64,000 nt of DNA from Candidatus Saccharimonadales bacterium (GCA_052103595.1 JBQEKC010000002.1:56131-120130); one strand, 5' to 3'; positions 37,093-46,030 are shown, numbered from the stretch's first letter. Translations and numbers: made by a program. Notes: generated by a model not told the origin, from the letters alone.

Positions 37093-39981
37093 CTCCTTTT
37101 GGTTCAGCTTCAACAATCGCCATATCACAAAGACGATCAGTAAGAAGCCGAGGAAAAGGAGAAGTACCACTGTAAAGCTGCGCAAGAAGTATAGCACTGC
37201 CACCACGACCGCGATAATTCCCCACCAAAGCGCCCACTGCGCGCGGAGTAGTCCAGCCACAACCACCAACACCAAATGCTCAACCAAGAAGAAGAACGAA
37301 TAGCCAGCCTGCCCGTCAAGTGCGTACAGCCCACTTGAACCTGTTACAAACGCCAACGCCACCACCATGCGGTGAAGATAAGCTTTTCGCCAAAGCGCCA
37401 TAACAGCAATCGTGAGCGCCCACCAGTGCGCATATACTACCATATTTGCCTCTGGGAGCAGCAATGACACCATCCATTGCAGTGCAAGCGTACCGCCGTA
37501 GACTGCCGCTTCTTGAACGTCGCGCTGCTTCTTTAGCGCACCATGTATACCAACAACCGCCGCCAGCACTAGGAGCGACCCTGCCGAAGCAAGCGCCAAC
37601 TGCGTACCTGCTTCTACGACACCATACAACGCTGCATAGCCCAGCAATAGTATCACCGACCCAAGCTGAATTGGCTCGCGTTCTTCGTCGTGCTGAGAAC
37701 GAAGCAACCAGTATGCGCCGTAAAATACCGCTGCGCCAAGCCAAGCAACGCCATGCACGAGCCAGGTTGCTGAAAAGTCGAGCCATGACCACAACGACAC
37801 GAGCCCTGCAATAAACAATATATTGCCAATTGCTGCGCCAGCTGGTCGCGATTCAACATATGACCCCGCCCAAAGAAGCGCACCGTACACAAAGAGTGTC
37901 AATGTTTGCCAACCACCATCAAGCGCACTCGCGCCAAGCAGCGCCAAAAACGGATACAACACATACGCAACAAGAAGCATTGTCGCAAGTCGTGGTGAAC
38001 GCGCACCAAGCAACTGCCGTGCCACAATTGCCACTACACTGGCCACAAGCAACACCACCACTGCAATGCGTGACACGACCACTCCATACGTAAATACAAA
38101 CGCAACGCTTGCCAGCACTGCCGCAGCCAGCATTGCCAGCGCATCTCGTCGACGTTTTTGGCCATATTGTTGATGAAGTGAGGCGCCAATCAACAACAAC
38201 ATCGTCGAAACAAGCACAGTTAAGAGCCACCACCAGCGCGTTTCATCAAGCGCCCATTGTAGCCACGCACTGACCGACACCACACCAAGTACTGCGCCAA
38301 TCACTTCGAAGCTCACACGCGATACAATCAACGACAACCCAATCAACACGCCTGCTGCCACAAGACTTGTCCAGCCAAGTGCCGTTGCCGATAGTTCCGC
38401 TGCACCGCATAACACTAATACGCCAGCACTGACCGCGACACTCGTCATACAAAGCGTGCGGAGCTGCACGCTCGCTTTCGTCGACGTGAGGCGCTCGATC
38501 GTCACAAGGCTCACTACGCCAAGCGCCGCAAAGAACACGGCAATTAATTCAAAGGAAAGCGCTGGTTCAAATACACCACGCCCAATCACAAATGGCAACA
38601 CAATCACTGCTACCAGTACGCCGTACAGTGGCTCTACTTTCTTAAAAGCGTGTGCCGACCATCCGCAGATTCCCGCCATCAAGGCAATCGTTACTGCGAT
38701 CCAATGATATGGGTGCGACACACCGCCCCATAATAGGAGCGTCCACCCCATCATTGCCAGTGCAACGCCAATCCAAGCAGCTTCGTGGCGAACACTTTTT
38801 GTGTTCTTTCGCTGCACTCGTAGTAAGCTGTAGAGCGCCTGCGCAAAAGCTAGACCAAACCAACCAAGATTATGGATCAATAAAGCTTCTTGTTCGCTTG
38901 TTCGCCCAGCTGCGTCAGCTACCACAATCAGCCCTGTTATGTGCGCGATAATACGCACCACCACTTCGTAGCGCCAGTTTTTTGTCAGTGCCCATATCAC
39001 CAGGTAATGTGCCGTTGCGAGCCCAAAGAGTACTTCATACATCCATATACTCATCGCATCCATCACCAGCACGCTTCCTGCGAGCGCCACTGGCGTCACT
39101 ATAAGTCCGGTATGTTCAAGTGGCTTTCGCACTACGCGTGGCACTGCTTTTGGATACAACAATAATGCTAAATTACACAACAACGATACGCCAATAATCA
39201 CCACGAAATACCACAGCACAGCAAGGCCAATCGTCGACACTGCCGATAGCGCCAATGACAACATAAACGCCATCATTGCATACGAAATAAATTCGCTTTG
39301 CAAACGCAGTGCAGCCACGCCGTATGCCACCAAGCCAAGCAATGACGTTAAGAACCAGGCCATCTCAGCCGAGACACCACCGAGCAGATGGAATGCAAAT
39401 CCTAAGAAAGGAATAATCGCTAAACCCGTACCGGTAAAAGCGGTTGCCGCTGAACGCAGTCGCGTCGACTTTTCATGCAGCACTAAACCTGTTACATAGA
39501 ACGCCAGCGTGACCACAATCATCGAACCTAAGCGCACCGCTGCTGGCATAGTAAGATTCACAAATAGTGCGGTTGCCGCCACAATTAAAAAGCTGCCCAC
39601 ATAGAGCATAATGTTCAAGTTACGCACGGTGCGACGCGCTTTTTCTGCCGCAAGTAGTTCTTCGCTTGGTGGAGCAATATCATCTGCTATTACTCTTGCA
39701 GGCACGGCAGTAGCAGCAAAAGTAGTCGGATGCACCTTTTGCGCATCACTTGGAAGTGGAATAGCAAGCTCCTCATCGTCACTAGGTGTCACACCAAGGA
39801 GCTCGTCAAGTTTCTGGGGCGACACTACTCCGTCAGTCCGTAGTTCTTCAATTTCTTGGCGAAGCGCAGCTCGTCCATCAGTCACACCACGCTGATATTC
39901 ATCTGTACGGGGCGCTGGCTGATCGGCGCGCATTCGCAATATGATAATAAACAAAATGACCGCTACGATAAACCAAAACAT
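37090..39981 (-). CDS. very large polytopic membrane protein (possibly DUF2339-like)
   Basis: 963 aa: N-terminal TM helix, a roughly 100-aa charged linker, then more than 20 predicted TM helices by eye. The family assignment is tentative. Confidence 0.75.
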   Translation of the reverse strand: MFWFIVAVILFIIILRMRADQPAPRTDEYQRGVTDGRAALRQEIEELRTDGVVSPQKLDELLGVTPSDDEELAIPLPSDAQKVHPTTFAATAVPARVIADDIAPPSEELLAAEKARRTVRNLNIMLYVGSFLIVAATALFVNLTMPAAVRLGSMIVVTLAFYVTGLVLHEKSTRLRSAATAFTGTGLAIIPFLGFAFHLLGGVSAEMAWFLTSLLGLVAYGVAALRLQSEFISYAMMAFMLSLALSAVSTIGLAVLWYFVVIIGVSLLCNLALLLYPKAVPRVVRKPLEHTGLIVTPVALAGSVLVMDAMSIWMYEVLFGLATAHYLVIWALTKNWRYEVVVRIIAHITGLIVVADAAGRTSEQEALLIHNLGWFGLAFAQALYSLLRVQRKNTKSVRHEAAWIGVALAMMGWTLLLWGGVSHPYHWIAVTIALMAGICGWSAHAFKKVEPLYGVLVAVIVLPFVIGRGVFEPALSFELIAVFFAALGVVSLVTIERLTSTKASVQLRTLCMTSVAVSAGVLVLCGAAELSATALGWTSLVAAGVLIGLSLIVSRVSFEVIGAVLGVVSVSAWLQWALDETRWWWLLTVLVSTMLLLIGASLHQQYGQKRRRDALAMLAAAVLASVAFVFTYGVVVSRIAVVVLLVASVVAIVARQLLGARSPRLATMLLVAYVLYPFLALLGASALDGGWQTLTLFVYGALLWAGSYVESRPAGAAIGNILFIAGLVSLWSWLDFSATWLVHGVAWLGAAVFYGAYWLLRSQHDEEREPIQLGSVILLLGYAALYGVVEAGTQLALASAGSLLVLAAVVGIHGALKKQRDVQEAAVYGGTLALQWMVSLLLPEANMVVYAHWWALTIAVMALWRKAYLHRMVVALAFVTGSSGLYALDGQAGYSFFFLVEHLVLVVVAGLLRAQWALWWGIIAVVVAVLYFLRSFTVVLLLFLGFLLIVFVIWRLLKLNQKE

Positions 39982-40086
39982 TAGCTTCTACTCCCCTACG
40001 CTTACGTATGCTTTTATCTTACCATATTGCGTCACGAAAAAAGCGCCTCCTTTTTACAGGAAGCACTTTTTAGCTGAAGACGGTTT

Positions 40087-40260
40087 TTATTGGCAGCCTT
40101 CGCACATTGTCAGCTCTGCTGGATCGAGTGGCGCAAAGGCGGTTCCCTCTGCTGAAGCTTTCGCTTGTGCGTCAGCTTGGGCGTTCGCCATCGCTTGATC
40201 AATTGCAGAAAGTTTTTCTTCTAGTGTCATGTCGTCTGTGATAAGTTGTGTTGCGTTCAT
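40087..40260 (-). CDS. 57-aa acidic microprotein ending in CEGCQ
   Basis: Has its own promoter, and SD AGGGGG precedes the MNATQ start. Ends ...PLDPAELTMCEGCQ*. Sits directly downstream of nrdB. Confidence 0.5.
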   Translation of the reverse strand: MNATQLITDDMTLEEKLSAIDQAMANAQADAQAKASAEGTAFAPLDPAELTMCEGCQ

Positions 40261-40308
40261 GTCCATCCCCCTATGAAACAATGTTATTTTTAGTGGCGCT
40301 TATGGTTA

Positions 40309-40336
40309 ATTATACGCTAGATATGGTGCTTGTCTA
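40309..40336 (-). promoter_or_regulatory. promoter TAGACA-16-TATAAT for the microprotein gene
   Basis: Minus strand reads TAGACA agcaccatatctagcg TATAAT, about 45 nt upstream of the SD and ATG. Confidence 0.5.
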
Positions 40337-40381
40337 GAAATTTTGCGTGTAAAAATACCAACAGGCCTGTGGAATACTTTT

Positions 40382-41383
40382 TTATTTTGTTGTGTTTACT
40401 TCGTAACTGGTGTTCGTGCTTTCAAAGAAGTTTACGAGCTCTAGCGTATCATTGGCAGCCGCCATCCATTTCGCTGGATTTGGCACGTTATATTCAGGTT
40501 CAAAGCCAAGCTCAACCAAACGACGATCGGTCATATGCATCACGTACTGATTGACGTAGTCCGCGTTCAAGCCCAAAATGCCCTTTGGCAGCATATCTTT
40601 GTTATATTCTTTTTCGAGTTCAACCGCTTGCAAAATCAATTGGCGGATTTCTTCGGCGAATTCTTCGGTCTGAAGCTCTGGATTTTCGTCTAGGATAGTC
40701 AGCAGCAAATTGATACCAAAGGTCAGGTGGAGGTTCTCGTCGCGGGTGATCCAGTCCAGCAGCGAACCAACGTTGCGGAGCAAGTTGCGCTGGCGGAAGC
40801 TCATACCCACCATAAAGCCACTGTAGAACCAAATGCCTTCGAGCACAATATTGTATGCCACGAGCGAGCGAACAAAATCTTTCTTACCTTCAAGGCTGTA
40901 GATGTCGAGGTTTGGGTCGAGCATGACATCGAGGTGCTTGTTTTGGAAGTCGGCTTTGTCGGCCAAACTCTTCTTACCAAAACCGGCTTCGTAGATTTCT
41001 TCGCGATTGAACGGGAACGTTTCAATAATGTATTCAAACGTCATGAAGTGGTTGGCTTCTTCCCACATTTGCTTGCTCAAATACAGCTGGGCTTCCGCTG
41101 AGTTAACGTACGGGTAAATGCCGAACGCCAACGACTTGTTGATCAGCAACTCGTTTGGGTTGAGGTAGCTAATCACGGTTTTGAGCGCGTGCTTTTCGTC
41201 GTCGGTCATTTTTTCGAAGTCGCCAAGGTCTTGCACAAGCTGGATTTCATTTGGAAACCACGTATTTGCCACGGCCTGGTTGTACAAATCATACGCCCAT
41301 TGATATCGAATTGGACGTAAATTCAGTCCATCACGGAGTCCCGATCCGAGAATGCCGCCTTTTGGATGTTGATAATCTGCCAT
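40382..41383 (-). CDS. nrdB: ribonucleotide reductase small subunit, class Ic-like (R2c)
   Basis: Ferritin-like R2 with EEANH and RDENLHL metal motifs. Phe occupies the radical-Tyr position and Glu the first ligand position (see findings). Confidence 0.93.
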   Translation of the reverse strand: MADYQHPKGGILGSGLRDGLNLRPIRYQWAYDLYNQAVANTWFPNEIQLVQDLGDFEKMTDDEKHALKTVISYLNPNELLINKSLAFGIYPYVNSAEAQLYLSKQMWEEANHFMTFEYIIETFPFNREEIYEAGFGKKSLADKADFQNKHLDVMLDPNLDIYSLEGKKDFVRSLVAYNIVLEGIWFYSGFMVGMSFRQRNLLRNVGSLLDWITRDENLHLTFGINLLLTILDENPELQTEEFAEEIRQLILQAVELEKEYNKDMLPKGILGLNADYVNQYVMHMTDRRLVELGFEPEYNVPNPAKWMAAANDTLELVNFFESTNTSYEVNTTK

Positions 41384-41404
41384 AAGATTCCCCTCTCTGA
41401 CTGC

Positions 41405-41626
41405 TTAAAATAACGTTTCTTCTTGTGACATTGTCGGCGCTTCCAGCTGATCACCACGACTAGCTGGTACTTCGTACGCATCACGATCAACCGTAAAAAG
41501 TGCAAGTCCGCCAAGTTCCGTATCAAGCCGATGCAGCTCATCGAGCCGCTCTTGCTGCCACTCACTCGAGTGGTCTTCCTGTGTTAATTCTGTGATAAGT
41601 GCCTCACGTTGTGCAAATTCGTGCAT
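41405..41626 (-). CDS. hypothetical 73-aa acidic protein between nrdA and nrdB
   Basis: ATG lies 3 nt after the nrdA stop with AAGGAAGGGG just upstream (translational coupling). No Cys and no recognised family. Confidence 0.5.
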   Translation of the reverse strand: MHEFAQREALITELTQEDHSSEWQQERLDELHRLDTELGGLALFTVDRDAYEVPASRGDQLEAPTMSQEETLF

Positions 41627-41629
41627 ATG

Positions 41630-44038
41630 CTACCCCTTCCTTTTTGCAAAGCCAAAGCCACGACTTGCTCCGCCTTGCGTCTTTACTTTTTGTGCGGCTA
41701 ATTTCTCTACCGACACCGTCGTTTGTTCTGACTGATGACGCGGCTTTACGTGCAAATAGTACGTGGTTTTCAAGCCGCGCTTCCACGCTTCGGTGTAGAT
41801 TTTCACGTACTCGTCGATATCGCGCGTATCAAGATACATGTTACGGCTAATCGCTTGGTCGACCCATTTTTGGGCACGCGCTGCTACTTCGATAAACGAA
41901 TATGGGCTCAGCTGGAAGCTGGTTTTGTAAACCGCTTTAATTTCATCTGGAATGCCGTCGATATTTTGGATGTCGCCTTGGTTAGCAAAGACTTCTTCTT
42001 TGAGCGATTCCCACAAATCAAGTTCTTTTAGGTCGCGAACAAGATTTGCATTCACTTCCAAGAATTTTCCGTTCAAGGTTGAGCGACTAAAGATTTGCGC
42101 AAATTGCGGATCAAGCCCTGGTGTCGTACCAGCAATATGGCCGATGTTAGCGGTTGGTGCAATTGCCATCAAGGTGGCGTTTCGCATACCCTTTTTCACT
42201 TTCGTGCGCAGCGCTTCCCAATCAAGCTTGGCTTTTTTATTGACGTTCACTTTTACTTTGCGATCAGTCGCCAGCGTATCGATTGTATCGATTGGCAAAA
42301 TACCTTTACTCCAGCCGCTACCCTTAAATGCTGGGTAACTGCCGAGCGTTTTGGCAAGCTCAGCCGATTCATCAATCGCGTGATAACTAATATATTCGGT
42401 AACTTGATCAATCAAGCCTGCCGCTTCTTCTGAATCGTAGCTAAGGTGCAGTTTTTCAAGTACATCAGTAAAGCCCATCAACCCAAGGCCGAGCGCGCGC
42501 GTTTGGCTATTAGCGTGCATCGCTTCTGGCACTGGCAAATTCGTTATGTCAACCAAGTTGTCCAGCTGGCGAATTGCGCTGCGAGCGCTACTTGCCAAAC
42601 GATCCCAATCCCACGATTTGTCATCGTTCAGGTGCGCCGAAAGGTTAATGCTCACCAAGTTACACACCGCAATATTGTCTTTGTCTTGCGGCAGCGTAAT
42701 TTCGGTACACAAGTTTGAGAGGTGGATTGTACCAGTGTTATTGTTCAAGGCGCGGACGTTGATCGTGTCCTTCCAGGTCAGCCATGGGTGGCTGGTTGCC
42801 TGCAACTGAATCAAAATCGAGCGGAACTGCTGACGAGCTGAAATCTTCTCAAATTTACGCAATTTTCCGGCATCCGCTAGCTTCACATATTCTTTATAAC
42901 GCTTGCTAAATTCCGCACCATAGAGTTCTGTCAAATCCATCACTTCGGCTGGGTCAAACAAATACCAGTCGTCGTCTTTTTCGACGCGCTTCATAAATTC
43001 GTCGCTAATAAATACGGCCGTGTTTGCAAAACGAGTACGCAGGTACGGGTCACCCGAGTTTTGCTTCAAGTCCAAAAACTGTGCAAAATTGAGGTGCCAG
43101 TTTTCCATGTAGATCGCAGCAGCGCCGGCTTTTTTACCCTTTCGGCTGACCGCGAACAATGCTGTATCGATCATTTTCATGAACGGAATTGGGCCGGTAC
43201 TTTCCGTGTTTGTCGTCTTCACCGGAGAACCAGCTGCGCGTAGTTTCGTAAAGCCAATGCCAATACCGCCGGTGCCTTTCGCGATAAACGCCGTGTCGCG
43301 CACCGATTTTACAATCGATTCCATATCGTCATCAACATTCATCAAAAAACAATTCGAAAGCTGCGGATGCGCGCCGCCAGCATTTACACGAGTTGAGCCA
43401 CCCGGCACATAATCCAGGCTCGACATGTGTTCATAAAAATCAAGCGCCGATTCGGTAGGGTTTTTAGCATTGTAGCTGAGGCCCATCGCAATACGCATGT
43501 GCGTAAATTGCGGCACTTCCATCGGTTCACTGCTACCTTTTCGCAACGCATAGCGGTTACGGTTGGTAATGACGCCCAAATATTTTGAAAGGTCGTCTTT
43601 TGATGGATCGAGCGCTTTGGCAAGCTTCTTAATATCAAAAACTTTTTTGTCGTTCATGCGTGGATCAAGCAACCCAAGCTCCACCGCTTCTTTCAAATAC
43701 GTTGGAAATGCCTTCTCGTGCATGGCTTTTAGTTCATCGTTCTTTTTGTAGTTGCCCAGCACCTTCTTGTAGATAGTCTTAAGCAACAAACGTGCCGCAA
43801 TCTTGTCATAGTCTGGATCATCTTTTACGTTTTGCAGCGTTGCATTAATCACCGCTTCATCTAATTGTTCGGTGGTAATACCATCAAACAATGTCAGCTG
43901 TAGCTGGCTGGCTACCTCAACAACTTTACTAATTTGATCCGGCAAACCTTCACTTGCTTCTACCAATGCAAGATTAATTTTGTTTGCATCAAATGGTTCG
44001 CGTGTGCCATCGCGTTTTACCACATGAATTTGACTCAT
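41630..44038 (-). CDS. nrdA: ribonucleotide reductase large subunit, class I, with one N-terminal ATP-cone
   Basis: ATP-cone VVKRDGTREPFDANKI; active-site contexts SNCFLM, SNLCTEI and AVCNLVSINL; TTYYLH radical-transfer pair. No Cys in the last roughly 40 aa. Confidence 0.95.
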   Translation of the reverse strand: MSQIHVVKRDGTREPFDANKINLALVEASEGLPDQISKVVEVASQLQLTLFDGITTEQLDEAVINATLQNVKDDPDYDKIAARLLLKTIYKKVLGNYKKNDELKAMHEKAFPTYLKEAVELGLLDPRMNDKKVFDIKKLAKALDPSKDDLSKYLGVITNRNRYALRKGSSEPMEVPQFTHMRIAMGLSYNAKNPTESALDFYEHMSSLDYVPGGSTRVNAGGAHPQLSNCFLMNVDDDMESIVKSVRDTAFIAKGTGGIGIGFTKLRAAGSPVKTTNTESTGPIPFMKMIDTALFAVSRKGKKAGAAAIYMENWHLNFAQFLDLKQNSGDPYLRTRFANTAVFISDEFMKRVEKDDDWYLFDPAEVMDLTELYGAEFSKRYKEYVKLADAGKLRKFEKISARQQFRSILIQLQATSHPWLTWKDTINVRALNNNTGTIHLSNLCTEITLPQDKDNIAVCNLVSINLSAHLNDDKSWDWDRLASSARSAIRQLDNLVDITNLPVPEAMHANSQTRALGLGLMGFTDVLEKLHLSYDSEEAAGLIDQVTEYISYHAIDESAELAKTLGSYPAFKGSGWSKGILPIDTIDTLATDRKVKVNVNKKAKLDWEALRTKVKKGMRNATLMAIAPTANIGHIAGTTPGLDPQFAQIFSRSTLNGKFLEVNANLVRDLKELDLWESLKEEVFANQGDIQNIDGIPDEIKAVYKTSFQLSPYSFIEVAARAQKWVDQAISRNMYLDTRDIDEYVKIYTEAWKRGLKTTYYLHVKPRHQSEQTTVSVEKLAAQKVKTQGGASRGFGFAKRKG

Positions 44039-44295
44039 CTTATACCCTCTTTGCTACGTCTATATGTTTTATGTTATACACCTCCCCGTGCAAAGCTCCC
44101 TCAAACTTTTTACAAGGTACAGAAAAGAACTCGGCGTAGCCGACCGAAGTAAACCTCCCTGTATTCTGTTTGTTTTACCACTTGCTAAATGTAGCGGTCT
44201 ATCTAAGACTATAGCCGCTAGATATAGCTTATGCAAGGCTTTTACCTGATTAAATGTTGTATATTTTAACCTTTCACTAAATGACCTCTGTTGTG

Positions 44296-44336
44296 TACAT
44301 ATAGTGTTGTAAGTTGCTATAGCGCCACTATATGTG
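44296..44336 (-). promoter_or_regulatory. two inverted copies of an AT-centred near-palindrome (NrdR-box-like) upstream of nrdA
   Basis: Plus strand reads tacatatagtg (44296-44306) and cactatatgtg (44326-44336). The centres are 30 bp apart, resembling tandem NrdR boxes. Confidence 0.35.
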
Positions 44337-44342
44337 GGTATT

Positions 44343-45788
44343 TTACGCTTGACACCGCTGCTGCAGCGCTTCTGCTGGCATAAAATTATCAGTGTAGCGC
44401 TGCTGTGAATTGGTATGCACTTTTGCATACTCCGGAAGTGCAAAAGGTGTCTTGCTGTACGCTAAAATCATATTCCCTCGTGTTGAAGCGTCATTTTGAA
44501 AACGCTCATAATGCAAGGTACTGACATCGCTGTAGGCACCATTAATTGCATCATAGAGTGGCTGACAAGCACCTTTGGCTGCAGCAATCGCATTTACCGC
44601 CACGACGCCATCTTTCGCCAGCAATTTCTTTACGCGTTGGCCGTATTCGTGCGTTAGTAACGAAAACGGTACGCTTGCATCGTTGTACACATCCACCAGA
44701 ATGACGTCATACTGTGCTGTCACCTCGTTCACAAACACGCGCGCATCAGTATAATGCAGTGTTATGTTTGTCGGGTCGTCATACAAAAAGTGCTGTCGCG
44801 CAATATCTGTCATCGCTGGGTCAATTTCTACCACATCAATTTGTGAAGTGGGATATGTCGCTGCTAGATGGCGCGGCAAAGTATAGGTGCCGCCACCAAG
44901 TACTAACATGCGCTCTTTCTTTGGCGCCGCAGCTACCACACGAGCAAGCTCTTTCGTATACCAAAAAACAAGTTCGTTCGGCTGATCTGGGTAAATGCCC
45001 GACTGCACACCATTTGGACCTGCCAAAATACCACGAACCGTTCGTGTGTCGTCATTTTGATATGTCACAATTCGGTATGAAGCCGTTGGCGTATCGACAA
45101 CCTGCTGCGATGAATGAAACAGCGATAATACCATCACACCGCCAAGCACGACTGTTGCTGTAATCTTTTCGCGCAGACGCTCTTTTGAAGGAAGCAGCCA
45201 CCCCGACACCACTAAAACCCCAATCAATACAACCAACGTCTCACGAGACCCAATCATGCCAAACAACAAAAACCCTGCCACAAAGGTTCCCGCAATGCTG
45301 CCAATAGAATTAATAGCACTCAGCGTGGCGACAGTTTGCCCACTTGTTTGTAGCGAAGTAATCGACAACTTTGCCAAATACGGGCTCATCATTCCTAGTA
45401 ACACGCTAGTCGGCGCAAATAACACTAACGCTACGACAATGCCTTGAAGGCGCTGATCGCCAAACCATGACGTCACCACAGACATAACTGGCGCAAATAA
45501 ATACATAACGCTCGCCATACAAAGCGCAGCCACAAAGCAAAGCATCGCAACATCGGTGCGGCTATGGCGACGGTCAGCCATCTTACCACCAAGGTAGTAG
45601 CCAAGGCTTAACGCTACCATAATTACCCCAATCACGCTCGTCCACACATACACCGAATTGCCAATACTTGGCGCCAACATGCGCGCCGCAACCAATTCAA
45701 ATGCCATCAATACAAACCCCGACGTAAACGCAATTACTTCAAGTGAATAAACAGAACGCCAAAGGTGTTTTTGAAGATATTTTTGCAT
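44343..45788 (-). CDS. fused polytopic membrane / spermidine-synthase-like methyltransferase-fold protein
   Basis: N-terminal roughly 200 aa carry TM helices. The C-terminal part has LVLGGGTYTLPR, IDVVEIDP and YDVILVDVYND (spermidine synthase-like). Second ATG chosen from -10 spacing. Confidence 0.8.
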   Translation of the reverse strand: MQKYLQKHLWRSVYSLEVIAFTSGFVLMAFELVAARMLAPSIGNSVYVWTSVIGVIMVALSLGYYLGGKMADRRHSRTDVAMLCFVAALCMASVMYLFAPVMSVVTSWFGDQRLQGIVVALVLFAPTSVLLGMMSPYLAKLSITSLQTSGQTVATLSAINSIGSIAGTFVAGFLLFGMIGSRETLVVLIGVLVVSGWLLPSKERLREKITATVVLGGVMVLSLFHSSQQVVDTPTASYRIVTYQNDDTRTVRGILAGPNGVQSGIYPDQPNELVFWYTKELARVVAAAPKKERMLVLGGGTYTLPRHLAATYPTSQIDVVEIDPAMTDIARQHFLYDDPTNITLHYTDARVFVNEVTAQYDVILVDVYNDASVPFSLLTHEYGQRVKKLLAKDGVVAVNAIAAAKGACQPLYDAINGAYSDVSTLHYERFQNDASTRGNMILAYSKTPFALPEYAKVHTNSQQRYTDNFMPAEALQQRCQA

Positions 45789-45795
45789 CATAGTC

Positions 45796-45804
45796 AGTAT
45801 AGCA
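45796..45804 (-). promoter_or_regulatory. extended -10 box abutting start codon (leaderless-type)
   Basis: Minus strand reads TGcTATACT gact ATG ATG (N=7 to the second ATG). Confidence 0.55.
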
Positions 45805-45854
45805 CGCTGATTTTTGCCAAGAAAAATGACGCCGTAGATAGGCGTCAGTTTTCT

Positions 45855-45947
45855 TGGCGGAGGATGGGAGATTCGAACTCCCGCTCCAGGTTTCCCCGGA
45901 CTAACGATTTAGCAAACCGTCCCCTTCAGCCACTTGGGTAATCCTCC
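45855..45947 (-). tRNA. tRNA-Ser (anticodon GCU), CCA encoded
   Basis: Revcomp reads GGAGGATTACCCAAGTGG...TTGCTAA loop...long variable arm...GGGAGTTCGAATCTCCCATCCTCCGCCA. Cloverleaf folded by hand. Confidence 0.9.
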
Positions 45948-46001
45948 AGATGTTTTCACCTCTGGTGTAATACTAAGTAAGTATAACACAGGCAAAAACA
46001 C

Positions 46002-46030
46002 TAGACAAGCGCCCCTATATTTGCTATAAT
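46002..46030 (+). promoter_or_regulatory. promoter TAGACA-17-(TGc)TATAAT for the pilin-like gene
   Basis: Hexamers at 46002-46007 and 46025-46030. A 31-nt leader carries AGGAG. Confidence 0.55.
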
